A DNA stretch of 57,306 bases from a virus (lineage: Duplodnaviria; Caudoviricetes): IMG/VR virus record IMGVR_UViG_3300007778_000005, positions 1 through 57,306 of that record; one strand, given 5' to 3'. The notes beneath the pieces are model-generated. The model did not search any database, was not told the DNA's origin, and saw only the letters and a list, made by a program, of their open reading frames with translations. This document shows positions 40,201 to 48,522 of the stretch, piece after piece. A program made the translations under genes and the position numbers. Numbering within the stretch: position 1 is the stretch's first letter; the number at the start of each line of letters is the position of its first letter.

Positions 40201-41988
40201 GGTTCAGTAGCTGGAACATTTGGTAACGGTCTAGATATTATCGTTACTTTCGCAAGAACTGGTGACGTAGGTCCTGCTGGTCCGCAAGGTACTCAAGGTA
40301 TTCAAGGTGATTTGGGTATCCAAGGTCCTGCCGGTGGTGCTGGTACAGGTGGTTCTCAAGGTATCCAAGGTATTCAAGGTACACAAGGTATACAAGGTGA
40401 GAATGGCATCGGCATTCAAGGTACGCAAGGTACACAAGGTGTTCAAGGTCCTGCTGGTATAGGTGATGTCGGTGAAGCTGGTGCTCAAGGTATCCAAGGT
40501 ATTCAAGGCACGCAAGGCTTACAAGGTATCCAAGGTAACGATGGTGAAGCTGGTCCTCAAGGTATTGCTGGTATCGGCGCAACTGGTTTCCAAGGTACTC
40601 AAGGTATTCAAGGTACTCAAGGCCCGCAATCAGCACAAGGTGCTCAAGGTATCCAAGGTGATCTAGGTTTCCAAGGTATTGCTGGTGAGGGTAACCAAGG
40701 TATTCAAGGTCCTCAAGGTACTATCGGTACTGATGGTTTCCAAGGTTTCCAAGGTATTCAAGGTGGCGCTGGTGAGGGTGGTTTCCAAGGTACACAAGGT
40801 TATCAAGGTATTCAGGGTATCCAAGGTAACGACGGGTTTGGTAACCAAGGTATTCAAGGTTTCCAAGGTCCCGCTGGTATCGGTGAAACTGGTTTCCAAG
40901 GTATTCAAGGTTTCCGTGGTTTCCAAGGTACTGACGGTGAAGCTGGTGATCCGGGTGTACAAGGCTTTGAAGGTTTCCAAGGTGCGCAGGGTATCCAAGG
41001 TATTGACGGCGGCGTAGGTTCACCGGGTGCTCAAGGTGCTCAAGGTACTCAAGGTTTCTTTGGTATCCAAGGTATTCAAGGTAACGATGGTATCGGTGCT
41101 CAAGGTATACAAGGTATCCAAGGTATCCAAGGTGATTTGGGTATCCAAGGTTCTACTGGCTTTGGTGCTCAAGGTATTCAGGGTACTCAAGGTATACAAG
41201 GTGATCTAGGTCCTCAAGGTACCCAAGGTGTTCAGGGTCCTGGTACAGAAGGTGGTGTAGGTAACTTACAAAACGTATATACTTCTCCACTACAAGATAC
41301 TGCGCTATTCATTCCATTCTTCGAAGGTGGTGCTGAAAAACGACAGTTACTTGGTACTCTAGGTCCCAACCCAGGCGGAGAAAATAACTTCTTCTATACT
41401 GCAAACGTCGACGAATTAACTGTTGAAAACATTGCGGCTGGTGGTAATATTACAGCAGATGGTGTAATTACTGCTTCTGGTATTTCGGGAATCACAAATG
41501 ACTTCTCTTTACCTACAGATGTTGCTTTGAACTTTGGTAATACTTCTGAAGTTAAACAGTTCTACGAATCAGCTACAGGTGACTTCTTAATTAACGTTGA
41601 TACAGCATCTGTACCAAATGTTATCATTGAGAATAGAGGAACTGGTCTACCGATCTTTACATTCAATATTGCGACTGGTAACTTCACTGCAACCGGTGAT
41701 GTAACAACCAACTCGGATGAAAGATTGAAAGAAAATATCGTTACAGTAGAAGAAGCTCTTGAAAAAGTGCTTAACATGCGCGGCGTATACTTCAATAAGA
41801 AATCTATGCCAAACGATAGAAAGATTGGTTTGATTGCACAAGAAGTAGAAGCTGTAATTCCTGAAGCTGTTACAGAAGATGATAGCGAAGACAGAATTAA
41901 ATCAGTTTCGTATGGTTCTCTAGTCGGTCTTCTAATTGAAGCAATCAAAGATTTGAAAGAAGAAGTTGATACCATAAAGGATCGATAA
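37273..41988 (+). CDS. Collagen-like fibre protein (Gly-X-Gln) with four globular inserts and C-terminal S74 chaperone
   Basis: Six GXY tracts dominated by GIQ/GTQ/GFQ/GPQ; C-terminal SDERLKENI...GLIAQEVE.VIPEAV...SYGSLVGLLIEAIKDL. Confidence 0.9.
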   Translation: MAFKSFGGSQLIGQGRPLPVPIQLDPSPYNGAIAYGEDGNYYGSNGTTWFLINQGAQGTEGFQGPQGTQGVQGDYGPGFTVIGSVPDANSGGDPQATLNTAFPTPNIGDAVIDQTLDELWVYDGTNWVNVGSFRGVQGFQGIQGLQGNQGDIGPEGIQGTRGHRGFQGTQGIQGLQGLQGFKGNQGTQGIQGPQAAQGTQGIQGPQGPQGTQGIQGPQAAQGTQGIQGFFGIQGNVGAFGGVTVRFTYDSTSTANTDPGVGTLKSDDPVIGDSTELYIDVVDADTVNVSNLLAEAYSIEATVRSYIKLTNADDPVNYALFQVNNGQLVPTGNDGFHILEVTSLTPGVTFTNGTDVRISLDRTGDVGAQGIQGMQGIQGFFGIQGLQGTQGPQAAQGTQGIQGNQGPQGTQGIQGIQGPQGVQGTQGVQGTQGVQGDQGTQGIQGWTGIQGSQGETGLQGIQGVQGVQGIQGNQGIQGFQGTQGTMGNYGGLTYEWDFVNNTTAFTDPGTNSWKLNDADITTATVLTIDDVPLNNYSNDVDEIFDWLNTIPSGSGSKGLLVIESYDDSNGPGGHHQVVYEFTNFTWDGTGKTFGWFDVTYVGQYGLPNNDWQQDVIDSGHGAKTIINFVPRGEAGVQGPQGIQGIQGNDGEVGAQGIQGIQGPQGLQGIQGIAGSYGGASFEYDFNPDFSAAPPAAGIIKFNAGDLTAATIIRINELDTFGNNLEVFLRTLDLSGSAFKAYIKIISVSNPNEFVLYTLNAQAEIGTYFNMSVTYVSKSVNADVTYFTNNTDVIVSFSVTGDKGAQGIQGIQGTQGTQGLQGIQGNDGAGFQGIQGIQGIQGDFGIQGFPGPIGPQGVQGIQGEPGEGIQGATGGFGGVTFDYTFDTSTVVGDVPPGTLRLNNTSAAAASIMVIDDRDDNFVDIQPFLRTIDDSTSPIKGHVKVSEKINPANFAIFAINGAADPEPAGFHAIDVSFVSGSVAGTFGNGLDIIVTFARTGDVGPAGPQGTQGIQGDLGIQGPAGGAGTGGSQGIQGIQGTQGIQGENGIGIQGTQGTQGVQGPAGIGDVGEAGAQGIQGIQGTQGLQGIQGNDGEAGPQGIAGIGATGFQGTQGIQGTQGPQSAQGAQGIQGDLGFQGIAGEGNQGIQGPQGTIGTDGFQGFQGIQGGAGEGGFQGTQGYQGIQGIQGNDGFGNQGIQGFQGPAGIGETGFQGIQGFRGFQGTDGEAGDPGVQGFEGFQGAQGIQGIDGGVGSPGAQGAQGTQGFFGIQGIQGNDGIGAQGIQGIQGIQGDLGIQGSTGFGAQGIQGTQGIQGDLGPQGTQGVQGPGTEGGVGNLQNVYTSPLQDTALFIPFFEGGAEKRQLLGTLGPNPGGENNFFYTANVDELTVENIAAGGNITADGVITASGISGITNDFSLPTDVALNFGNTSEVKQFYESATGDFLINVDTASVPNVIIENRGTGLPIFTFNIATGNFTATGDVTTNSDERLKENIVTVEEALEKVLNMRGVYFNKKSMPNDRKIGLIAQEVEAVIPEAVTEDDSEDRIKSVSYGSLVGLLIEAIKDLKEEVDTIKDR
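37432..41250 (+). repeat. 9-bp-period CAAGGTnnn repeats encoding collagen tracts
   Basis: Dense runs of caaggt(att/act/ttc/cct) at about 37432-37500, 37675-37975, 38368-38730, 39163-39290, 39667-39890 and 40261-41250. Confidence 0.9.
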
Positions 41989-42007
41989 AATCTTGAAAAT
42001 CTTTTGG

Positions 42008-42039
42008 AAATAAGGGGGCAATTCACCCCCTTATTTTTT
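42008..42039 (+). terminator. Intrinsic terminator after the collagen gene
   Basis: AAATAAGGGGG-caattca-CCCCCTTATTT followed by further T's. Confidence 0.88.
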
Positions 42040-42055
42040 GCTGGCAGCTTTTAAT

Positions 42056-42063
42056 TATAAATA
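42056..42063 (+). promoter_or_regulatory. T4-type late promoter
   Basis: Exact TATAAATA just after the terminator, 29 nt before the ATG at 42093. Confidence 0.85.
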
Positions 42064-42092
42064 AAAGAAAAAGCTTACATAAGAGATTTAAC

Positions 42093-42440
42093 ATGGGATC
42101 AAGAGCAAATATTTACATCGACCAAGGTACTGACTTCCGCATCTCGATTGATTTATTCGATGCGTCAGATGACCCTCTTATTATTGCATCCTATAGTTTC
42201 AAGGCTTATATGAAGAAAATGTATTCTGCTACTCCCATTGCAGAATTTACTATTGAAAAGGGCGCTAGTGGTATTACACTAGTTTTAGATCCTATTACAA
42301 CAGCTCAATTGAAACCTGGAAAGTATGAATACGACGTTATCATGCGAAAGCAATCAAATGAGTTATCAAAAATTGTTGAAGGATTAGCTATCGTTATCCC
42401 AACAATTACTGACTCTACTGCGTTGATCGAGGAGATATAA
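42093..42440 (+). CDS. Small Ig-like/BppU-N-like putative fibre adaptor protein
   Basis: ANIYIDQGTDF.....L...I.L.L....T..LKPGKY.YDV....KIVEG pattern; precedes fibre genes. Confidence 0.6.
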   Translation: MGSRANIYIDQGTDFRISIDLFDASDDPLIIASYSFKAYMKKMYSATPIAEFTIEKGASGITLVLDPITTAQLKPGKYEYDVIMRKQSNELSKIVEGLAIVIPTITDSTALIEEI

Positions 42441-42442
42441 CG

Positions 42443-45400
42443 TTGAGTATTAAAGTCAAAATAGGTCCTACTCAGGATTTTAGAGTTGTAGCGACAGGCG
42501 AAAAGAAACCGGTAATTGTTCCGGATTCTATAGTTTTAGGTGTTGATACTTTAGGCGATTACGTTGCTCGCATTGATGCTGGCGATGGTATTGTAGTACT
42601 TCCAGAAACTGATACAGAAACTGCAAATCTCGTAATTGCGCACGCAAACACTTCAACCGAATTAAGTACAACAAATGATGTTTTAGAATTTATTTCAAAT
42701 GCTGATATAGATCAATTTGGTCATATTACAGCGTTTTCTAGTACTGGTTTAGACGCAAATAATTTTGTTTCTACAGATGGTGTAATCTCATCTAAAAATA
42801 TTACGCTAGGTGACACATCATTTACGCTTGGTGATTCAATTACGTCATTGAGCGGATTATCTTTTACTAATGTAGAATTAATTACTGGCGCTAATAATAT
42901 AGTTGACTTCGGTGGTTCAACAATCACCAACATTTCTGATCCTATTGAAGCTGGCGACGCAGTAAACCGCGATTTCTTATTCAACCAATTAAACCTTTTA
43001 GAATTATCTGTACGTGTAGTAGAGGATCCTGTTGATCCATTAGACGCAGCTAACAAGCGTTACGTTGATGCAACAGCTCAAGGTTTAGTTGTAAGACCTT
43101 CTGCATTAGCTGCAACTACTGCTGATCTTGGTGGTACATTCCTAGAAGGTAATACTTCAGTTGCTGATACAATTACAATTCCAGCAACAGAATTCTTAAA
43201 CATCGATGGTGTTATAACTTGGCAAGTTGGTGACAGCATTCTTGTTAAAGACCAAACTGATCCTGCTCAAAACGGTAGCTACGATATCGTACAAGTTGGT
43301 AATACCGCCGATGATTGGATTCTTGAAAGAGCTCGTTGGAGTAGAGAATACAATGGTGTTCCAGGATCATTCGAATTTGTAACAGATGGTACAGTTAACC
43401 GTAGTACAGGTTGGGTTGCTACTGTTGCAGATGCAGAAACATTTGAATTAAATACTGATGCTGTAACTTGGGTTCAATTCTCAGGTGCTGGTACTTATGA
43501 TGCAGGTACCGGTTTAACTCTAGATGGTACAGTATTTAATGTAGATGAATCACAAACTCTTTCTCAAATTAATGCAGTAAATGGTTCTTTAGAAGTTGTT
43601 GGTAATGGTGCATTAACTTTACCAAAAGGTATTACTGCTGAAAGACCAGCTCCTGTAGTTGGTATGATTCGTTTCAATGAGCAAGATAATCAATTTGAAG
43701 GTTACGATGGTTTAGCATGGTCAGGTCTTGGTGGAGTTATTGATGTAGACCAAGATACTAAGATTGTTGCTGAAACTTCACCTGGTTCAGATAATGACGA
43801 ACTGCAATTCTATACCGGTGGTACATTAACTGCTAAATTTGACTCTACTTCTGCTAATTTCTATGGCGATGTTAATATCTCTGGTCATATTACAATTGGC
43901 GATTTACCAGCAGATAGTATTACTGTTATTGCAGATTTTACTTCAGATTTAGATCCTGATACGGATAGAACTTACAATCTAGGTAATGAATCTGCAAACT
44001 GGAATATTGCATATATAGATACATTAAGAAGTTCTAATGAAGTACTAAATATTAATGGTACTGGAGCTCTTAAACTTCCTACCGGTACAAATGCTGAAAG
44101 ACCTGCTGGTCAAATCGGCATGCTCAGATTTAATTCAGAAGATCAAAGATTTGAAGGTTACGATGGTAATCAATGGGCTGGTCTTGCTGGTTCTGTAGTT
44201 GACTTAGATAGAAATACTTACATTGTCGCTGAAACATCAACTGGTGCTGATAACAATGAATTAGACTTCTATACAGCTGGACTACAACGTCTACAGATTG
44301 ACTCAACTGGTAATTTAAGATTTGGTTCTAACCTTGATAGCCTTATAGCTAATTATACCACTGGTGAAATAATTGTCAACAGTAAAATCACATCTGATGA
44401 CATTTTATTTTTAGATTCTGCAAATAGCATCATTGATGTAAGTAACAATAGAATTACAAATGTTGCTACTCCTGTTAATCCTACAGATGCAGTTAACCTT
44501 GCATATCTCGGAGATTCATTCTCGTCTGGTTTAACAGTTATTGATGGCAACAATACTTATGTAGATGGTGTTGATCTTACTAAGAGTCCTACACTTGAGC
44601 TAGGTCGTGGTTTAGAATTAGAATCAATTGATACTGCAAATAATACTTTAAAACTTAGTATCGAACAAACCGGTGTTCAACCTGGTTTATATGGTAATAA
44701 TGGTTATACTGCAACATTCAGAGTAGATGACACCGGCCGTATTAATTTTATTACAGATATTCCTCTTGAATTCCAAGCTAACGTAATTATTGATTTTACC
44801 GAAGCTACAATGGACATCATTGGCCTTGCGCTAAATGATGGTGTTAAAGAAGGTGTGGCAGTTCTTTATGACGATAGTTCTAATACGTTCAACTTCTTTA
44901 CAGATAACTTTGATGTCACATTAGATGGTGATATTACTGGTACAGCTACGGTTGTTAGAAATAGCAACACGATTATCACTACATCTTATGATTATACAAA
45001 TTTAGATGCTCGTTATGCTAATTTAACTGGTGATACTTTTACTGGTGGAATTTCTGGTACTACAGCACAATTTACTGGAAATGTTGAAGGTTCGAGATTT
45101 GTAGATTCTGATAATGGCACTTACTTTGTAGATCCTAGTGGTACATCTAGAATCAACACAATGGAAGTTGGTTATGGGTCAGTATTCTCGCAAATGAAGT
45201 TCAGAGATGGTCCTGGAAGCTTCTCAACACTATATGCTACAAACGGTCAAATTGGTTTCCTTGACAATACTTTCAATTTTGCTGCATACGCCGAAAGAGC
45301 TACAGGCAACTGGGTAGTACAAAATGGTGATGTAAGAGCAGAACGTTTTGTTGATGCAGATGCTCAAACCTATTTTGTTCATCCGGGTGGTACTGATTCT

Positions 45401-46279
45401 AAGATTCGTCAATTATGGATTGAAAACTCTGCAAAAATTGACAACATTGAAATTGGCACAACCACTCAAAATACTATTGAAACTTTAAGTGGTTCTTTAA
45501 TTCTAAATGGTGAAGGTATTTCTTTAAATGCCGAAGGTTTAGATATTGATGCTAATAATTCTAAGATTGTAAATGTTGCTGATCCTGTACTTGATACAGA
45601 TGCTGCCAACAAACGTTACGTTGATTCTACTGCGCAAGGTTTAAGAATCGCGCCACAAGCATTAGCTGCTACAACTGCTGATTTAGGAGGTTCATACTCT
45701 TCTATTAACGGTGGTACAATTACAATTCCAGCAGTTACTACTTTAAATGTCGATGGTGTAACTGATTGGTCATTGGGCGATCGTATCCTAGTTAAAGATC
45801 AATCTACAACTCTTGAAAATGGCATTTACGAAATTGCACAAGTTGGTGATGTTTCTACTGATTGGATTTTAAGAAGAAATCAATACGCTAATGAATCATA
45901 CGAAGTTCCAGGCACATACGAATTCGTAACCGACGGTACTACAAATGCTGGTACAGGTTGGGTTATTACAGTTGCTGATGCTGAAACATTCGTACTTGGT
46001 AGTGATGCTATTATTTGGTACCAATTCTCTGGTGCAGGTACATACACAGCCGGTTCAGCATTAACATTAACTGGTACTGAATTCTCAATTTCAGATCAAG
46101 CAATTACTAATGCTAAATTAGCGAATCCATCTTTCAGCATTATTGATGAAAATGGACAAACACAAGAAATTAACTTAGGCACTAGTTTAACATTTGAAGG
46201 CGTAGACGGTGTAGATACAACTGTCACCGCAGGTCAAGTTGCTATTGCTGTTACAACAATTGATGGTGGAACATTCTAA
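42443..46279 (+). CDS. Tail fibre protein with internal duplications
   Basis: TTG start; I.N..DP....DA.N/DAANKRYVD stalk motifs; two LP.G..AERP....GM.RFN..D..FEGYDG..W.GL units; ends IDGGTF. Confidence 0.8.
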   Translation: MSIKVKIGPTQDFRVVATGEKKPVIVPDSIVLGVDTLGDYVARIDAGDGIVVLPETDTETANLVIAHANTSTELSTTNDVLEFISNADIDQFGHITAFSSTGLDANNFVSTDGVISSKNITLGDTSFTLGDSITSLSGLSFTNVELITGANNIVDFGGSTITNISDPIEAGDAVNRDFLFNQLNLLELSVRVVEDPVDPLDAANKRYVDATAQGLVVRPSALAATTADLGGTFLEGNTSVADTITIPATEFLNIDGVITWQVGDSILVKDQTDPAQNGSYDIVQVGNTADDWILERARWSREYNGVPGSFEFVTDGTVNRSTGWVATVADAETFELNTDAVTWVQFSGAGTYDAGTGLTLDGTVFNVDESQTLSQINAVNGSLEVVGNGALTLPKGITAERPAPVVGMIRFNEQDNQFEGYDGLAWSGLGGVIDVDQDTKIVAETSPGSDNDELQFYTGGTLTAKFDSTSANFYGDVNISGHITIGDLPADSITVIADFTSDLDPDTDRTYNLGNESANWNIAYIDTLRSSNEVLNINGTGALKLPTGTNAERPAGQIGMLRFNSEDQRFEGYDGNQWAGLAGSVVDLDRNTYIVAETSTGADNNELDFYTAGLQRLQIDSTGNLRFGSNLDSLIANYTTGEIIVNSKITSDDILFLDSANSIIDVSNNRITNVATPVNPTDAVNLAYLGDSFSSGLTVIDGNNTYVDGVDLTKSPTLELGRGLELESIDTANNTLKLSIEQTGVQPGLYGNNGYTATFRVDDTGRINFITDIPLEFQANVIIDFTEATMDIIGLALNDGVKEGVAVLYDDSSNTFNFFTDNFDVTLDGDITGTATVVRNSNTIITTSYDYTNLDARYANLTGDTFTGGISGTTAQFTGNVEGSRFVDSDNGTYFVDPSGTSRINTMEVGYGSVFSQMKFRDGPGSFSTLYATNGQIGFLDNTFNFAAYAERATGNWVVQNGDVRAERFVDADAQTYFVHPGGTDSKIRQLWIENSAKIDNIEIGTTTQNTIETLSGSLILNGEGISLNAEGLDIDANNSKIVNVADPVLDTDAANKRYVDSTAQGLRIAPQALAATTADLGGSYSSINGGTITIPAVTTLNVDGVTDWSLGDRILVKDQSTTLENGIYEIAQVGDVSTDWILRRNQYANESYEVPGTYEFVTDGTTNAGTGWVITVADAETFVLGSDAIIWYQFSGAGTYTAGSALTLTGTEFSISDQAITNAKLANPSFSIIDENGQTQEINLGTSLTFEGVDGVDTTVTAGQVAIAVTTIDGGTF

Positions 46280-46288
46280 ATATACTCG

Positions 46289-46296
46289 TATAAGTA
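46289..46296 (+). promoter_or_regulatory. Possible variant late promoter (TATAAGTA)
   Basis: One mismatch to TATAAATA; intergenic position before the 702-aa gene. Confidence 0.45.
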
Positions 46297-46355
46297 TATA
46301 GAATAAAAAATTATTAGATTATACCTATATAGGTATTAAAAGAGAGGACATACAT

Positions 46356-48464
46356 ATGTCAACGACTATTAAGCTGCGTCGTTCAGCCGTTCCAGGCCGC
46401 GTACCTACAGTCGAGCAACTCGAGCTCGGCGAAATCGCAATTAACACAGCCGACGGTAAATTATATTTTAAAAGATTTAATCCGGTAGCAAATACAGAAT
46501 CTATTATTGATGTATCTGCTGATCTTGATGCTGCAGCTATCCTAGACTTACTTAAAACTGTAGACGGTCCTGGATCTGGTCTTGACGCTGATACTCTTGA
46601 TGGCCAGACTGGCGATTATTACCTAGACTATAATAACTTTACAAATGTTCCACCTGCTACATTTGATTTAACTTTAGACGGTAAAGTTACAGGTACTGCT
46701 TTCTCTAATACCGGTATCATGACTTTGACCACAGAGCTTGCAAATACTGGCGTTGTTCCAGGTTCATACGGTTCTGCTTCTCTTGTTCCAATTATCACTG
46801 TTGATGAAGATGGTCGTATCACAAATGCTAGTACAGTTTCTGTAGCAGGTGTTTCTAATACTTTTTGGACCGTTGCTAACACTACATTTACTATTGAAAC
46901 AGCTGACGGCGGTATCTACAACACTGTTATCAATAATTTTAATGACGCGTTTGTTAATAATCTTGCAACGAACAACATTGATACACAAGATTTAGTATCT
47001 AATACCGCAAATATTTCTACACTAATTGCAAATGCAGTTGACATTGAGACTCAAACAAGTAATAATGTAACTATAACAACAGATCTAACTGTTGGAAATA
47101 ATATTATTGTTGGCGGTTTAGTTGATGGCCGTGATATCGCTGCTGACGGTGCTAAACTTGATAATTTAGAAGATGGTTTAGATCTCACGTTAGTTGGTAA
47201 AGTTACAGGCACTGCATCTTCTAATACAGGTGTAATGACATTAACAACTGAACTTGCAAATACCGGTGTTATCGCAGGTACTTATGGTTCAGCGACAGCA
47301 ATTCCAATAATCACTATTGATGAAGATGGACGAATAACATTAGCAAGTACTTCATCAGTATCAGGTGTTGAAAACTTTACTTGGACTTCAGCTAATAACA
47401 CACTTGTTTTAGAAACTGGTGACGGTACCAATTATAATGTTCTTATTGATACCTTTTCTGATATTACGACTGGAAATATTACAACTACTGGAACTGTAGA
47501 TGGTCGTGATCTTTCAGTTGATGGTTTAAAGTTAGATGGTATCGAAGATGGTGCAACCGCAGATCAAACACCAGCTGAGATCCTTACAGCTCTATTAACA
47601 GTTGATGGAGACGCTTCTGGATTAGATGCAGATAAACTCGATGGTTATGATGCAGGCGCACTTTTAGATGAAGCTGCAAATAATGCTGCATCTCTTATCG
47701 GTAACGGCCGTATAGATGTTCTTACTGGTAATGGATTAGACGGCTCAGGATTCTTTAATCTAAATGATGCTAATAATACCGTCATTACATTATCTCATAC
47801 AGATACATCGTCTGTTATTGATTCAGTAAATACTGGCTCAAATGTTTTACAAAGTATCACATTTGATACATTTGGTCACGTACAAACAATCTCATCTACA
47901 GATTTAGATAATAGATACTATACTGAAACAGAACTCAACAACGGCGTTTTAGATACTCGTTATTACACTGAGACTGAATTAAATAATGGGCAATTAGATA
48001 ATCGTTATTACACTGAATCTGAATTAGATAGCGGTCAATTAGATAATCGTTACTACACTGAATCTGAAGCAGATGCTAAATTTGTTGATGTAACTGGCGA
48101 TACTATGACCGGCGATTTAACTGTACAAGGTAATTTCAGTTTAAATCATTCAACGTTAATTTCTTCAACTTCTACAACCACTACTACATCAGCTGCAACG
48201 ATTTATGCTTTCCCTTGGGCTTTATATGCTGGCGCTGAAATTATTATTTCAATGACTCGTGGTTCTGATAAGCACTTAACTAAACTTCTTATAACTCATG
48301 ATGGCTCCGTTGCTATCGCTACAGAATTTGGTACAGTGTATACTAACACAGAATTAGCAGATTTTGAAATTGATTTAATTGGGCCGGTTGTTACTGTGCA
48401 AGCTACACCAAACAGCGCAACAAGCACGATATTTAAAATAGCTGGAACTTTAATCAAGACATAA
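46356..48464 (+). CDS. Tail fibre protein (IKLRRS...GEIAINTADGKLY N-terminal fibre-joint motif)
   Basis: N-terminal motif typical of T4-like distal fibre/Mtd-type N-termini; GSGLDADTLDG, VDGRD...DG.KLD, duplicated TGV..G.YGS....P.IT.DEDGRIT.AS unit. Confidence 0.8.
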   Translation: MSTTIKLRRSAVPGRVPTVEQLELGEIAINTADGKLYFKRFNPVANTESIIDVSADLDAAAILDLLKTVDGPGSGLDADTLDGQTGDYYLDYNNFTNVPPATFDLTLDGKVTGTAFSNTGIMTLTTELANTGVVPGSYGSASLVPIITVDEDGRITNASTVSVAGVSNTFWTVANTTFTIETADGGIYNTVINNFNDAFVNNLATNNIDTQDLVSNTANISTLIANAVDIETQTSNNVTITTDLTVGNNIIVGGLVDGRDIAADGAKLDNLEDGLDLTLVGKVTGTASSNTGVMTLTTELANTGVIAGTYGSATAIPIITIDEDGRITLASTSSVSGVENFTWTSANNTLVLETGDGTNYNVLIDTFSDITTGNITTTGTVDGRDLSVDGLKLDGIEDGATADQTPAEILTALLTVDGDASGLDADKLDGYDAGALLDEAANNAASLIGNGRIDVLTGNGLDGSGFFNLNDANNTVITLSHTDTSSVIDSVNTGSNVLQSITFDTFGHVQTISSTDLDNRYYTETELNNGVLDTRYYTETELNNGQLDNRYYTESELDSGQLDNRYYTESEADAKFVDVTGDTMTGDLTVQGNFSLNHSTLISSTSTTTTTSAATIYAFPWALYAGAEIIISMTRGSDKHLTKLLITHDGSVAIATEFGTVYTNTELADFEIDLIGPVVTVQATPNSATSTIFKIAGTLIKT
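47904..48068 (+). repeat. 45-bp tandem repeat x4 encoding LDNRYYTE(T/S)EL..GQ
   Basis: Four in-frame copies visible in both DNA and protein. Confidence 0.9.
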
Positions 48465-48466
48465 TT

Positions 48467-48474
48467 TATAAATA
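48467..48474 (+). promoter_or_regulatory. T4-type late promoter
   Basis: Exact TATAAATA immediately after the 702-aa gene stop. Confidence 0.85.
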
Positions 48475-48522
48475 TAGAAAACCAATCTATAATACCAAGC
48501 CAAACTGGGGAGAGTGAACCGA

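Noticed and set aside
37661-41209. Many alternative-frame and antisense ORFs (KVFKV..., TLDTL..., YLEYL...) over the collagen gene
   Set aside because: Shadows of the stop-poor 9-bp CAAGGTnnn periodicity; no start context or independent motifs
47904-48068. Regularly spaced repeats that might suggest a CRISPR array
   Set aside because: In-frame 45-bp coding tandem repeats with synonymous variation and no unique spacers; no cas genes in the window
48507-48522. G-rich GGGGAGAGTGAACC leader as a structured RNA element
   Set aside because: Adequately explained as an SD region; no convincing stem found by eye, so comparative data would be needed
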